64,000 bases of DNA, taken from Mytilus edulis. Taxonomy: Eukaryota. Position 1 is the first letter of the stretch, and each line of letters begins with the position of its first letter. The position numbers and the translations under genes were made by a program. This document shows positions 25,183 to 36,775 of this stretch, piece by piece. The stretch is taken from NCBI RefSeq assembly GCF_963676685.1, contig NC_092354.1, positions 8,494,001 to 8,558,000 of the forward strand, written 5' to 3'. Under the pieces are notes generated by a model. That model was not told where the DNA came from, did not search any database, and was given only the letters and a program-made list of their open reading frames with translations.

Positions 25183-25232
25183 ACACATTTATTCTAAAAA
25201 CAGTTGTTGGCATGACACGGGTTATGTTCTTC

Positions 25233-25299
25233 TCATATATGTTATGATGGTATGATACTAAACCCCTAACGGGAAGGATTGTGCCTGATGTACATATGA
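25233..25299 (+). promoter_or_regulatory. Type II SECIS element (predicted)
   Basis: AUGAU core (25244-25248), helix II GGUAUGAUaCU/AGgAUUGUGCC, unpaired AAA (25260-25262), mini-stem CCC-cuaac-GGG, 3' UGAU (25286-25289), helix I UCAUAU/AUAUGA. Lies ~50 nt after the stop codon. Confidence 0.85.
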
Positions 25300-25494
25300 T
25301 GAAATCATAATCTTTCAGTCAGTTTAATTGAAGTCTGGAGCTGGCATGTCAGTTAACTGCTAGTAGTCTGTTGTTATTTATGTATTATTGTCATTTTGTT
25401 TATTTTCTTTGGTTACATCTTCTGACATCAGACTCGGACTTCTCTTGAACTGAATTTTAATGTGCGTATTGTTATGCGTTTACTTTTCTACATT

Positions 25495-25585
25495 GGTTAG
25501 AGGTATAGGGGGAGGGTTGAGATCTCACAAACATGTTTAACCCCGCCGCATTTTTGCGCCTGTCCCAAGTCAGGAGCCTCTGGCC
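25495..25585 (+). ncRNA. Twister ribozyme, P5-type permutation (predicted)
   Basis: P5 GGUUAGAGGU/GCCUCUGGCC; P2 GGGG/CCCC; GAGGG; U|AA; GCC; P3 GCA-uuuu-UGC; G; P4 CCUG-UCCCAAGU-CAGG; A. The order and conserved nucleotides match the twister consensus, but the P1 region is atypical. Confidence 0.8.
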
Positions 25586-26578
25586 TTTGTTAGTCTTGTA
25601 TAATTTTAATTTTAGTTTCTTGTGTACAATTTGGAAATTAGTATGGCGTTCATTATCACTGAACTAGTATATATTTGTTTAGGGGCCAGTTGAAGGACGC
25701 CTCCGGGTGCGGGAATTTCTCGCTACATTGAAGACCTGTTGGTGACCTTCTGCTGTTGTTTTTTATTTGGTCGGGTTGTTGTCTCTTTGACACATTCCCC
25801 ATTTCCATTCTCAATTTTATTATATTAAATATACACTATTTCCACGAGGACGATTTTAACCAATCATGTTCCTAGATATGTATAGGAGGTAAGATACTGT
25901 ACATGTTATGTCACACTTTTCATTGAAAACACAAACACAGTACAAATCATATCACTTTTGGGAACCTGATCAGAACCTTATTATGTTTGATCTTATGATT
26001 GCAGCTGGTTGTCGTTTGTCCATGTGGTTCACAAGTTTTTAATGTAGATCGAATCCGTCATTAAATGATTCTCCTTAATATTCAAATAGCTATGCAAATT
26101 ATCTAGTTCTATATTCTATCGTGACAAATTAACGGTAGCTAATAAAATATATGTTGCACGAAGCTACATAAAATATTCTCGGGTACATCTACCATACTTT
26201 GATATGTAATAACCAAACTTTACGAGGAGAACGAAGTCATACAATAGAAATTTTGCTAACTTTATCATTTACATGTGAAAATATTAATAATATTACAAAG
26301 AAGTTGATTTACATTAAATAGGTAATATGTTGTGTCCACAATAGATGAAAACAATAATATACAGGTAATGTAAATTCGGGACACACAATATCATACGTCT
26401 GCAATTTTTAAGTTTCCGTGCAAATCCTCCTGGCCAATACAAAATATGAATTGACCGCGAAATCAAAATGATTAACAAATACGTAATTTTAACAAAGAAT
26501 ATTCATGAACTAAATATAAAAAGTAAAGTGAAGATGATTTCGATTAAAATAATTATGTTCCTTTATCAAAATTCAAGT

Positions 26579-27007
26579 CCCCCAAAGGTGACTGGGGAAT
26601 AGAAATATGGTCACTTGGTCTTCTCCCGACCGGCAGTAAAACGCTTGCCGTAGTGGGGCGTCCGTTTGGCTGTGCGGGATGTATCAAGTTCGCAGTCACG
26701 TCCGCTCAGAAGGGGACGTTAAATCCGATGCCTCGTGTAGAGAGAGTGCCACGCTCTTTGCACGTTAAGAATCCTTGCAAAAACTCTTTGAGGGGTCCGT
26801 AGGTGGCCTGTTGCAAGGCAAAATTTCTATCCCTATCCAATATATCCTCATTTTCCAGTGGCAGTCAAAATTTCCCCGACCATCATCCCAAATGGCCTCT
26901 ATTGTATCAACCTACCTATTGTATTTATTGTGAACTTGTTCTCGTCCTGAATATGCATGAAATATTTGCCACTGGACGTTTAGCAACCAACAATCAATCA
27001 ACAATCA
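26579..27007 (+). mobile_element. 430-bp SINE, full length
   Basis: Same family. Near-perfect 13-bp TSD ATCAAAAT(T/G)CAAG at 26565-26577 and 27008-27020. Confidence 0.9.
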
Positions 27008-27224
27008 ATCAAAATGCAAGAGTTAAACGTTTAGAATAAATACAATTCATTTGAAATACTTTAAAGATATTTTTATAATTATTTAATAGGCGTACAAATG
27101 ACACTACTACACTTGCATTTCCTATCATGATTTTTTTTGATAGAGGGTTGTTGCTCACAAGGAAACTAAATTTAAGAGTACCAAATGGTGAAGTTGAAAT
27201 TATCCCTTCGTAAATTTTATGGAC

Positions 27225-27359
27225 TCTGTCAAGTTCTTTGACAGGATAGTTTTCTTTCGGCATATCTTTCTCCTCTTGATAATTTGTAAATAGCTTTTTT
27301 GATCTTTTAGTTGCCTTTTGAGGATTCATGGAATCTTTTTCCTTCATGTTTAATGACAT
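27225..27359 (-). pseudogene. Possible Crypton-like (DUF3504-type) N-terminal remnant
   Basis: KEKDSMNPQKATKRSKKLFTNYQEEK...KELDR resembles the EKDSxNTxKxT..F..YL.EK motif. Short and degraded. Confidence 0.35.
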
Positions 27360-29620
27360 GTTTTGTCGTTAACACTTGTAAAGCGTGGTTTTTGTACATT
27401 TTGAGACGAGCCGGTGTCAACACCAGCCATTTTTGTTGCTGATGGAAACATACGATAAAGTCTCGAGAGATATAGCAGAATAATTTTCATTGGATCCTCC
27501 ATTTAAATTAAGAAATTGCTTCCTATCCACAAGACTTCCTGCTTATTTATAAATGTCTAAAGACTGGTATAAGACTTTAATTTCTTATAGTCTATAAATA
27601 ATAAAAATGAATACCACATTTCATGATTTTTCATTAAAAGCAATTCTCATTTTACTAAACAAGAAATAATAAAAGTTTTCTACGTCAATTCCTATCCCCC
27701 TCGGATATATTAAGAATATTATAATCTGTCTGATTCCTTTCACGGATTTGGCTATACTTTTTGGACTAAAGACTTACTCGTTTTAGAAACAGGGGTTAAC
27801 ACTATATGTTCCTCGGTTAGTTTTGAATAAATAGGAAAACCATCTTGAACATTGAATTGATAGACTTCTTCCTAATGACTCCAAACAATAAGGACGGAGT
27901 AGTTTATAAGGAAACGTTTTTTAGCACATGCTTTATATCTTGTAATATGCAAATTTGATGATCCCTTTCAAAAATGTCAGATACAAAAAATTACAACCAG
28001 TTTAATCCATCATTAGAAACGGGAATTTTGCAAACTTTAAGGTACTATTTACAAACCGTACCAACGATTCTTTTTATCATTTTCAATGGATCAAACTCAA
28101 TATCTGAAACTGCTACAGAAGAGTTCTTTCTGAGTAAGTATGTTTGGCTGCATCTTTTGCTAAGGCAGCAACCATTTGATTTTTTTTGGGGGGGGGGGTG
28201 GGGGGCTGTGGATTTTTTTTCTGGACAAACCTTGCGGCGAAAAACAATCTATTTTTTTTCGCAACAAGTCCAGATGGAAAGACTGCCATTAGCATATTCT
28301 TGGGTATGTTGAAGTACTCGTCCTCTACTTCTATTATATTGCTGAAATTCAAAAACAAGACCTATATTAATTTATATGGAATAGTATGTGCAAAACATTG
28401 CCTTTTATATCTCCTTTTTCGCACTATTACATTTATTTTACTCCCATCGAGCTATATCACGTTTATCTTAAAATCTAAAAAAAAAACATTATAGTTTCAT
28501 AAACTTTACGTAGAAGTTTTATGGTCATTGCGAACGGCATTTTCGTGAGACTTGGAAATTCCATTGTGTATTAAGATAAACGATTGAAAGTAAATATTTA
28601 ACATTTTTCCTATATAATTGGTGGTCTTCATCTTCAAGGAGTGCCCAAACTTTTAATGTTTCTCTTACTAAAATTTGGTTACCTTGAAGTAAACATTTAG
28701 GACAAATACTTTTGACATGTGTAGTACAAATGTAAATGATATTTAGAAGTTCAAAACCTTCCATCAATAGAAATACACAAAATATTGAATGCAAAATTTG
28801 AAACAGTAGGTCTTTGGTATTTCTCACTAAATTTTAAATGAATTTTTCCATTTTACGGATATATTTTCTCTCGTGTTTCCGAAAAATTGTTTTAAAAAAA
28901 ACTTTCGCTTAACTCGCATTCATTAAATTACACACTAATATTTTATGCATGAAAAGGGTCGGCACAGGTGTCGTGCGATACGTTAATCTATTAAATTGGG
29001 CTTTGCTGGATTTTTTTCTATGTACAAAAACAAAATCTTTCTTAATTCACGATAGCAATAAAATAAAATGACGTGCCGCCAGGGAAAACGTACCTTTCAA
29101 ACGAAACCGACTCTACGATCCCGACAATGATTCCAGTATCCTCTTCCCTGTCTTCCAATAACTGCAATACAAATTAATTTCTGCTTTACTAAATACTAAA
29201 TCATATTTAAAAAAAGATCCAATTCCTTGAATCAAGCTTTTGAATACATCCATCATATATATACAAGTCTAAATTGAAAACTACGTTCAAACCTATGATT
29301 GCGTTGGATAAAAACCGCAATTTTTATACGCGTGCATGTAAAACAAATTTCATTGTAGAAGGGTCTAAATACTGCACAAACAACATTTTCCAAAAAGACA
29401 AAAAAAGTGAAAAAGTATATTTAAACCAAACGCATTTGACTAACAGGTCAAACAACTGATGTTCTTTAACCCTGCTGACTGCCATTGGCAATTGCCAAAG
29501 AAAATTGATCACAAGATGTAACAAAATGGATCTTAATATAAATTCAATACTAAACAGAAAACAATGAACTGGTGGCCAAGATGTTATGTCACAAACATAA
29601 AGTGTCAATATACTTTTTGT

Positions 29621-29664
29621 ACACCAGATCCGGATTTCGACAATAAATGTCTCTTCAGTGATGT
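29621..29664 (-). ncRNA. Minimal type I hammerhead ribozyme, core intact
   Basis: ACAUCA-CUGAAGA-GACA(uuuau)UGUC-GAAA-U(CCGG)A-UC|UGGUGU: 6-bp stem I, 4-bp stem II, palindromic short stem III, AUC triplet. Predicted cut between 29627 and 29626. Confidence 0.9.
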
Positions 29665-29728
29665 TAGGAATCGAAACGGTATTTGGAAAGCTATATTATT
29701 TACCCTCAATATATATTATATATAATAC

Positions 29729-29876
29729 GGAGGTATATGGGGAGGGTGTAGATCGTGCGAGGGCTGTATATAGCCATGCAATGTCGTTAAAATCGTCCAT
29801 CATATCATCAAACATGTTCAACACCGCCGTATTATTGCGTCTGTCCAAAGTAAGGAGCCTCTTGCCGTTACAAGTT
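29729..29876 (+). ncRNA. Degenerate copy of the twister-like motif
   Basis: GGAGGTATATGGGGAGGG ... AACATGTTCAACACCGCC...GCGTCTGTCCAAAGTAAGGAGCCTCT, with several core substitutions. Confidence 0.55.
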
Positions 29877-30004
29877 TTGAATGTGTTTTTAATGATTTTA
29901 ATTTTTTTTATTTAGAGTTTAGTATAACGTTCATTGTCGTTCTTCGTTTGATCAAAGGATAAAACTTAATGAAAAAAGATGAAAACAATAAGTATACGAT
30001 ATAC

Positions 30005-30215
30005 CTCAAAGGTTGTTGACGGAGAGGCGTTATAGCATCTGCAGTCATGAAAATCATTGGTGAGAACAACACTTTTTATCCGGTAGATCTTTCCGGCCTG
30101 GAGATGGCAGCCACCAACAGTATCTGCTAGTCCATTCCAGGCCGTCAACTTGGCTGTACGGCCATTATACTTAGGTTCATTTCTCGCCTTTTGGAGCCAT
30201 TGGCTATCTGTATTT
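30005..30215 (-). pseudogene. Isolated exon, possible OB-fold
   Basis: RTAKLTAWNGLADTV...AGKIYRIKSVVLTNDF...NASPSTTFE|gtatat. The pattern resembles RPA-type OB folds; tentative. Confidence 0.3.
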
Positions 30216-33200
30216 CCCCTATCTACAATTCATGAAAATTTAAGTTAACTTAGTTGGAATCAACTGTCCATCTCCATTCAATTGTAAAATGTTATTATAG
30301 TATCAGATGAAAATAAATGTATATACTTTTTATAGTTTCTTGATTTTGAAAAAAAATGTATAACATTGGAACTTAAAGGGTCGTTATCACTTTATAATCA
30401 CAGCGAACATTTGAAAGATTGGGATTTGATTTTGTAACTACTAGCAAAAATTGTCATATATACACTCAAAACACAGGGAAATTATCTCGAGAATAAAAAT
30501 AGCATTATTGATACGAAAAATCAAAGCTGTGGTTAAAATGTTATTTTGCACAGAAGGCGTTTCAAACAAAAGATATGTTGCGTAGAAGAATACTATTGTA
30601 AAACTGAGAGAATATAAAGTTGAAGACCCCAGAAATCTCATTTCTCTGGATTGAACAATATATGTACATGTATGTTGGTTATTATGTTATTTGTATTATA
30701 ACATAATTGGCTAACAGATGATTAAAGTATGTTATTTTCTGTGAATATTACTCTGAAATAGTCGGTTTATATTGCGACTTAAGTAGAGACATATCGACTT
30801 TTAATACATACTCTTGTAATGCCAACTTTCTTCAAAAAAAATTCGGACCCCGTTGGAAATGGATGCCGCTTGGTCTATTGTTTACACTGGGGGTTCAAAA
30901 ATTGTTCTTTAAAACCCACCTCAGTTTGGTTGAGGGGACCACTTGTTTTCATTATCTGAAATAAGGAATTCGTGATGCAGTTTGTTACTATTTCATGGAT
31001 GTAAAAGAGATGTGTAATTTATATAAATTCATATTTGGATCTTTTAATTTGAACACCGAAATGCCAAAATAATGTTGATGTATTACTACAATACCTTCTG
31101 CTATGCTGTCACATAGTTTGTGTTATGTTTGTAATTATGTATTTTATGTATTATTGATATTTACACAATTGAAATATATACCTATAGTTTACATATATAC
31201 TTTGGTAAAAAAAACATATATTACTAGTATTGTCTGCCTATTTTGCTTCTAAATCTGTAAGACTTCAAAAATTATTTCTTTGATTGCATATAAGGGTAGA
31301 TCTGACTTTCTATAAAATGAATATATGTATAATACATACTAACATAGAATATCAAAGACGAAAATTTTAAGGTTTAAATTGCAAAATGTTAATGAAATTT
31401 GCAAAACATCATAAACAGAATATTCAATGTCCACTTTATGCAAAGAATAGGTTTTGTTTCTTTCGAAATTTTTCAACTTTTACTTGAACTCTAGATTCCC
31501 GTCATGTCATTCGCGACTTAAATTTTAAACTTTCGGAAATGACACCAGGTCCTCCAGGATATATGCTTTGATATTTTGAAATGAAAAAAAGTTTTCCTAA
31601 AACTAAAATAGAATAGGGCTTAGTCAAACACGACAAAATGAAATGTTAAAAAGAAATAGTTTATGGCTTGAAATAGATTAATTTTAACTTATTTTACATA
31701 AATAGAAGACGTACGCATGGATTAAAGATACAAAAATATGTTTCTGGTCGGCGAGGTTGGAACACATATTTGATAACAAACTGAGTTGTGATGAAGCGCA
31801 ACAGCCTAACCATAACGCCATCAGCTCTTAGAAATACGTCAGCAAGTGAAGAAACAAACTGAAATATACTTACGCTTGTTGCTTCTGCTACCATTTGTAC
31901 TTGCGTTCTAGACTGAGAGTAAGAGGCCGAATTTGTCTGTAAACAAAATCGTCTTCGTGGCTAAAATAGGGGAATGCCCGTGCATCCTCATCCGACTCAT
32001 TACCTGATGATATATCAGAAGTTTCCTCCGGTCATTCTGCCATCACGTGTCCGACCTCTTTTGTTTTCTCGACAGTTCTTTTACGGCCAGCTCCGGCCTT
32101 CTTTTTTGGGGATTTCTTCGTTCTGCACTCTCTTTCCTCCTGTCCTGCTGGTCGTTCTTCTCTTCTTTCCCATGGCCCTTGATGGCGATCCAATGGCATT
32201 TCTTTTGTTTGGCATCTTTTTAAATAGTTTAACTGTTTTGTGTAACACATGCTCTGTTGTCGATAGCAAATTAACAAGTGCCCGTTACGGGAATTCCAAA
32301 ATTCTGATTAAGTTGGCCCAGTAGTTTCAGAAGAGAAGATTTGTGTAACAGATAACTAAGATTTACGAAAAATGGTTAAACATTTACTATAAAGGGCAAT
32401 AACTCCTAAAGGGATCAGCTGACCATTTTGGTCCTGTTGACTTATTTGTAAATTTTACTTTACATTTTTGCTGTTGTCAAGTTATCTCTATCTATAATAA
32501 TATTCATGATAACAACCAAAAATAGCCAAATTTCCTTTGCAAAAATCTTTTTTTTTTCTGAAATTTTTCTTTATAAAATAATCTTTTTTCACTTTGAAAA
32601 TCTCAATCCACACTTCTCATTATTTAAGAAAAATTATGTACAGCTTGCCATCACTTTATGAACACCCTGAATATATTTCTTTCATTTATTAACTTTCTTT
32701 TTCTGCAATACTGATCTTTACTGCATACCACTTCCTTTCCTGATTTTTCCTGATAAGAAGAATGAGTTAACAAGAATTTTTATCAATCTAGTTTATTAGA
32801 CAACATCAATGAATACAACGTGAAGAAAAAGTCATAATAACAGTTATAAGAACATTTTTGTATCTCAATAAAAGGTAAAAATATCTAGGCCCTATTAGAT
32901 ACAATCTAAAATATTTAAGGACTGATAAAATAATTTACGCAATAAAAGATAAAAATATCTAGGCCCTATCAATATTCACTTATAAGATTTACTGTACACA
33001 ACTAAAATCTTAAAATATAGGGTGCTTTATACAATGGAAAGCAGGACTCCCCTACCTCTACCTATACACATATGTACATAATGTTCATTTCATATCTTTC
33101 CTTATTGCACTGAATGTATTGTCTATACATATTAACTGTGAGTATACAGATATTATTTTATTATCATAAAATATTTTTGATGTGATCTGTATAGTATCAA

Positions 33201-33944
33201 TTCCGTCTTAGTTTAATATTTTTGCTATATAATTTGCTACATTTCTCTCGGGAACGACCATTTAACTTCTCTAAGATCAACAACAATGAGTGAAATACAA
33301 CCATTTCTCATAAAAACAAATCAAATGTTAATCGGTTTTTTTTACGAATTTTTGATGGTGTTACAACTTTAAAGTTAAATAGGCAGTGATACGTTTGATT
33401 GTACTTAATTTGATGTATATAGATTGCTTTAAGCACGGTTTCATCTGTGAGGGTCGTAAGAAGTTAACACTATCTGTGTGTGTGTTGAGAGATTGACAAT
33501 TAATATGAAAGATAATATTCATAGTGTTAAAACTATATCTGTATAAAATGAGAAAAATAAAAATGAACTAGCTGTTTGTCTTATCTACTTTAAATATATA
33601 TATAATTATTTTAAGGACATATATATGATGTTGTTCAAACATTAAAACAAAATGGTTGAATGCACAGTTAACTGTCAAAAATTGTGTCCAATTATGAATA
33701 GGAAAAGTCACAATTACTTTTATTTGTTGATTTGTTGAAATAAATTTATGTATTAAATGTATTATAATATAATTATCTTTTAGTTGAATGACGACATTAT
33801 GATAGTTGTAAAACTCAACGATGTAATTAAATTATTATTTATATTCTATATATACATGTATGTGTACTTTTCTTTTTACTTTTTGATGTTCAATAATATT
33901 GAGTGCTGGTGCTCATTTCATTCTCGACGTGAGGAAATAACGTA

Positions 33945-35866
33945 AAAAATGTAGAAAAAAAGGTATAAAATTTATAGACAAATGTAGAAAAAATATAATT
34001 CAACCAATGAAAGGTCTGTTTTAACTGTCAATATAATGATCTATAGAATATGGTCGGTTTCTAAAAGTATCAAAAAAGTTATCAAATTTATAGGCAAATG
34101 TAAAAAATGTTTTATTAAACCAATGAAAGTTCTGTTTTTACTGTCAATATAAATCTCTATAGAATATGGTCGATTTCTTAAACTATCAAAAAAGGTATAA
34201 AATTTATAGACAAATGTTGAAAAAATATAATTAAACCAATGAAAGGTCTGTTTTAACTGTCAATATAAGTATCTATAGAATATGGTCGATTTCTGAAATT
34301 GTCAAAAAAGGTATAAAGTCTTAGCCAAACGTAGAAAAAATATTATTAAACTAATGACAGGTCTGTTTTTACTGTCAATATAATTATCTATTGAATATGG
34401 TCGATTTCTTAAATTATCAAAAAGTTATCAAATGTATAGGCAAATGTACAAAAAAATATTCTTAATCCAATGACAGGTCTTTTTTACTGTCAATGTAATT
34501 ATCTATTGAATATGGTCGATTTCTTAAATTATCAAAAAGTTATCAAATGTATAGGCAAATGTACAAAAAAATATTCTTAAACCAATGACCGGTCTGTTTT
34601 TACTGTCAATATAATTATCTATTGAATATGGTCGATTTCTTAAATTATCAAAAAGTTATCAAATGTATAGGCAAATGTACAAAAAAATATTCTTAAACCA
34701 ATGACAGGTCTGTTTTTACTGTCAATATAATTATCTATTGAATATAGTCGATTTCTTAAATTATCAAAAAAGTTATCAAATTTTTAGGCAAATGTACAAA
34801 AAAATATTATTTAAGCAATAACAGGTCTGTTTTTTTGTTAATATGATTCTCTATAGAATATGGTCGATTTCTAAAATTATAAAAAAGGTATCAAATTTTA
34901 GGCAAACGTAGAAAAAATATTATTAAACTAATGACAGGTCTGTTTTTACTGTCAATATAATTATCTATTGAATATGGTCGATTTCTTAAATTATCAAAAA
35001 AGGTTATCAAATGTTTAGGCAAATGTAGAAAAAGATATTATTAAACCAATGACAGGTCTGTTTTTACTGTCAATATAATTCTCTATAGAATATGGTCGAT
35101 TTCTAAGATTATAAAAAAAGGTATAAAATTTTAGGCAAATGTAGAAATAATATTAAACCATTGACAAGTCTGTTTTTACTGTCAATGTAATTTTCTATAG
35201 AATATGGTCGATTTCTAAAATTATCAAAAAAGATATAAAATGTATAGGCAAATGTAGAAAAATATATTATTAAACCAATGACAGGTCTGTTTTTACTGTC
35301 AATATAATTATCTATTGAATATGGTCGATTTCTTAAATTATCAAAAAAGATATAAAATTTTTGGCAAATGTAGAAAACATATAAATAAACCAATGACAGG
35401 TCTGTTTTTACTGTCAATATAATTATCTATTGAATATGGTCGATTTCTTAAATTATCAAAAACGTTATCAAATTTTTAGGCAAATGTACAAAATATTATT
35501 AAACCAATGACAGGTCTGTTTTTAATGTCAACATCATTCTCTATAGAATATGGACGAATTCTTAAACCATCAAAAAAGTATAAAATTTATAGACAAATGT
35601 AGTAAAAACATAATTAAACCAATGAATGGTCTGTTTTAACTGTCAATATAATAATCTATAGAATACGATCGGTTTCTAAAACTATCAAAAAAGTTATCAA
35701 ATTTATAGGCGAATGTAGAAAAAAGATATTATTAAACCAATGACAGGTCTGTTTTTACTGTGAATATAATTAGCTATAGAATATGGTCGATTTGTAAAAT
35801 TATAAAAAGAAGTTATCAAATTGATAGGCAAATGTAGAAATAATATTAAACCATTGACAAGTCTTT
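33945..35866. repeat. Tandem satellite, ~116-bp unit, about 16-17 copies
   Basis: Unit ~AAACCAATGACAGGTCTGTTTTTACTGTCAATATAATTATCTATTGAATATGGTCGATTTCTTAAATTATCAAAAAGTTATCAAATGTATAGGCAAATGTA..., recurring at ~34001, 34118, 34234 ... 35735, 35849. Confidence 0.97.
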
Positions 35867-35915
35867 TTTTTTTAAAACCTGTTCAGAACCGGCACCATCC
35901 TGGAAGGGCCCCGGG

Positions 35916-36775
35916 GTGGTGATGGAAGGTCTCACTCAATACCTTTATAGGGTCAAAATGAAAACGGCAATGGTTGTGGCCCATCATGAATGGATTAAGT
36001 TGTGTAAGGATAGGGAAGTCCCAAATTGGTGTAGAAAACTACAAGCCCAAGTAATAAGCAGAAATTGGAAGGAACTACAGGAGTTGGAACCCAAGGGAAA
36101 AAGGGGTAAGAACATTTATTGTTCATGCCAGGGACCAGATGATGGGGGTCTGATGATCAGGTGTAACGAGTGCAGGGAATGGTTCCATGGACGATGTGTA
36201 AAGATCACTCCTGGGGAGGCTGACGGAATGGACGCCGATCAGTGTCCTGGATGTTCGGTCTCCACAGGAGTGCACGTGTCTAGGATTTCCCTGCACTCTA
36301 AGGTAAATTTATTTCAGATGGACAATAAACAGAACAAAACACCAGAAGATGAAAGCCAGCCATCCTCTCCCATGCAGTCCTCCGTCACGGAAGTGGTGGA
36401 GGAACTGGTGGTTCTGGTACCAGAGGAGGAGCTGAGACAGCTGGACCCTGAGGTACAGGGGAGCCCTGGGGATTCGTTAGAGGTATGTGAGGGGTCAGAA
36501 GGGGGTCTGAGGGCGCCACTCAGGTTGAGGTGAAGAAGAACAAGAAGAAAAGGAACAGAAGCAGGCCAGACAAAAAGAGAGCTGCCAGACGAAAGGCCAT
36601 GGCAGGGGCCTCACCTCAGGGGGGGTGTCGGGACCAGTCTGGCTCTCCAGCTCACAATGAGGTGGCAACATCTCACTTTAGAGGGCAGGGTGGATCAGTT
36701 GGCACTGGGTTGTCTTGTCTTGTCCAGTGTCTGGCTGTGAAGCTCGCGGACCAGGCCTGGAAGGTTACATTCTAG
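35916..36775 (+). pseudogene. PHD-finger protein with acidic and Lys/Arg-rich segments (frameshifted or spliced)
   Basis: YCSCQGPDDGGLMIRCNECREWFHGRCVKITPGEADGMDADQCPGC is a C4HC3 PHD finger. An acceptor tttatttcAG lies near 36317, and the basic KKNKKKRNRSR tract is in a shifted frame. Confidence 0.75.

Larger units (their letters stand above)
23946..25820 (+). mobile_element. 5'-truncated Penelope-like retroelement (Naiad-type)
   Basis: RT remnant followed by a ~640-nt 3' region that is nearly identical to 63130-63785. Confidence 0.9.

Noticed and set aside
35109-35417. 102-aa ORF
   Set aside because: Lies entirely within the 116-bp satellite.
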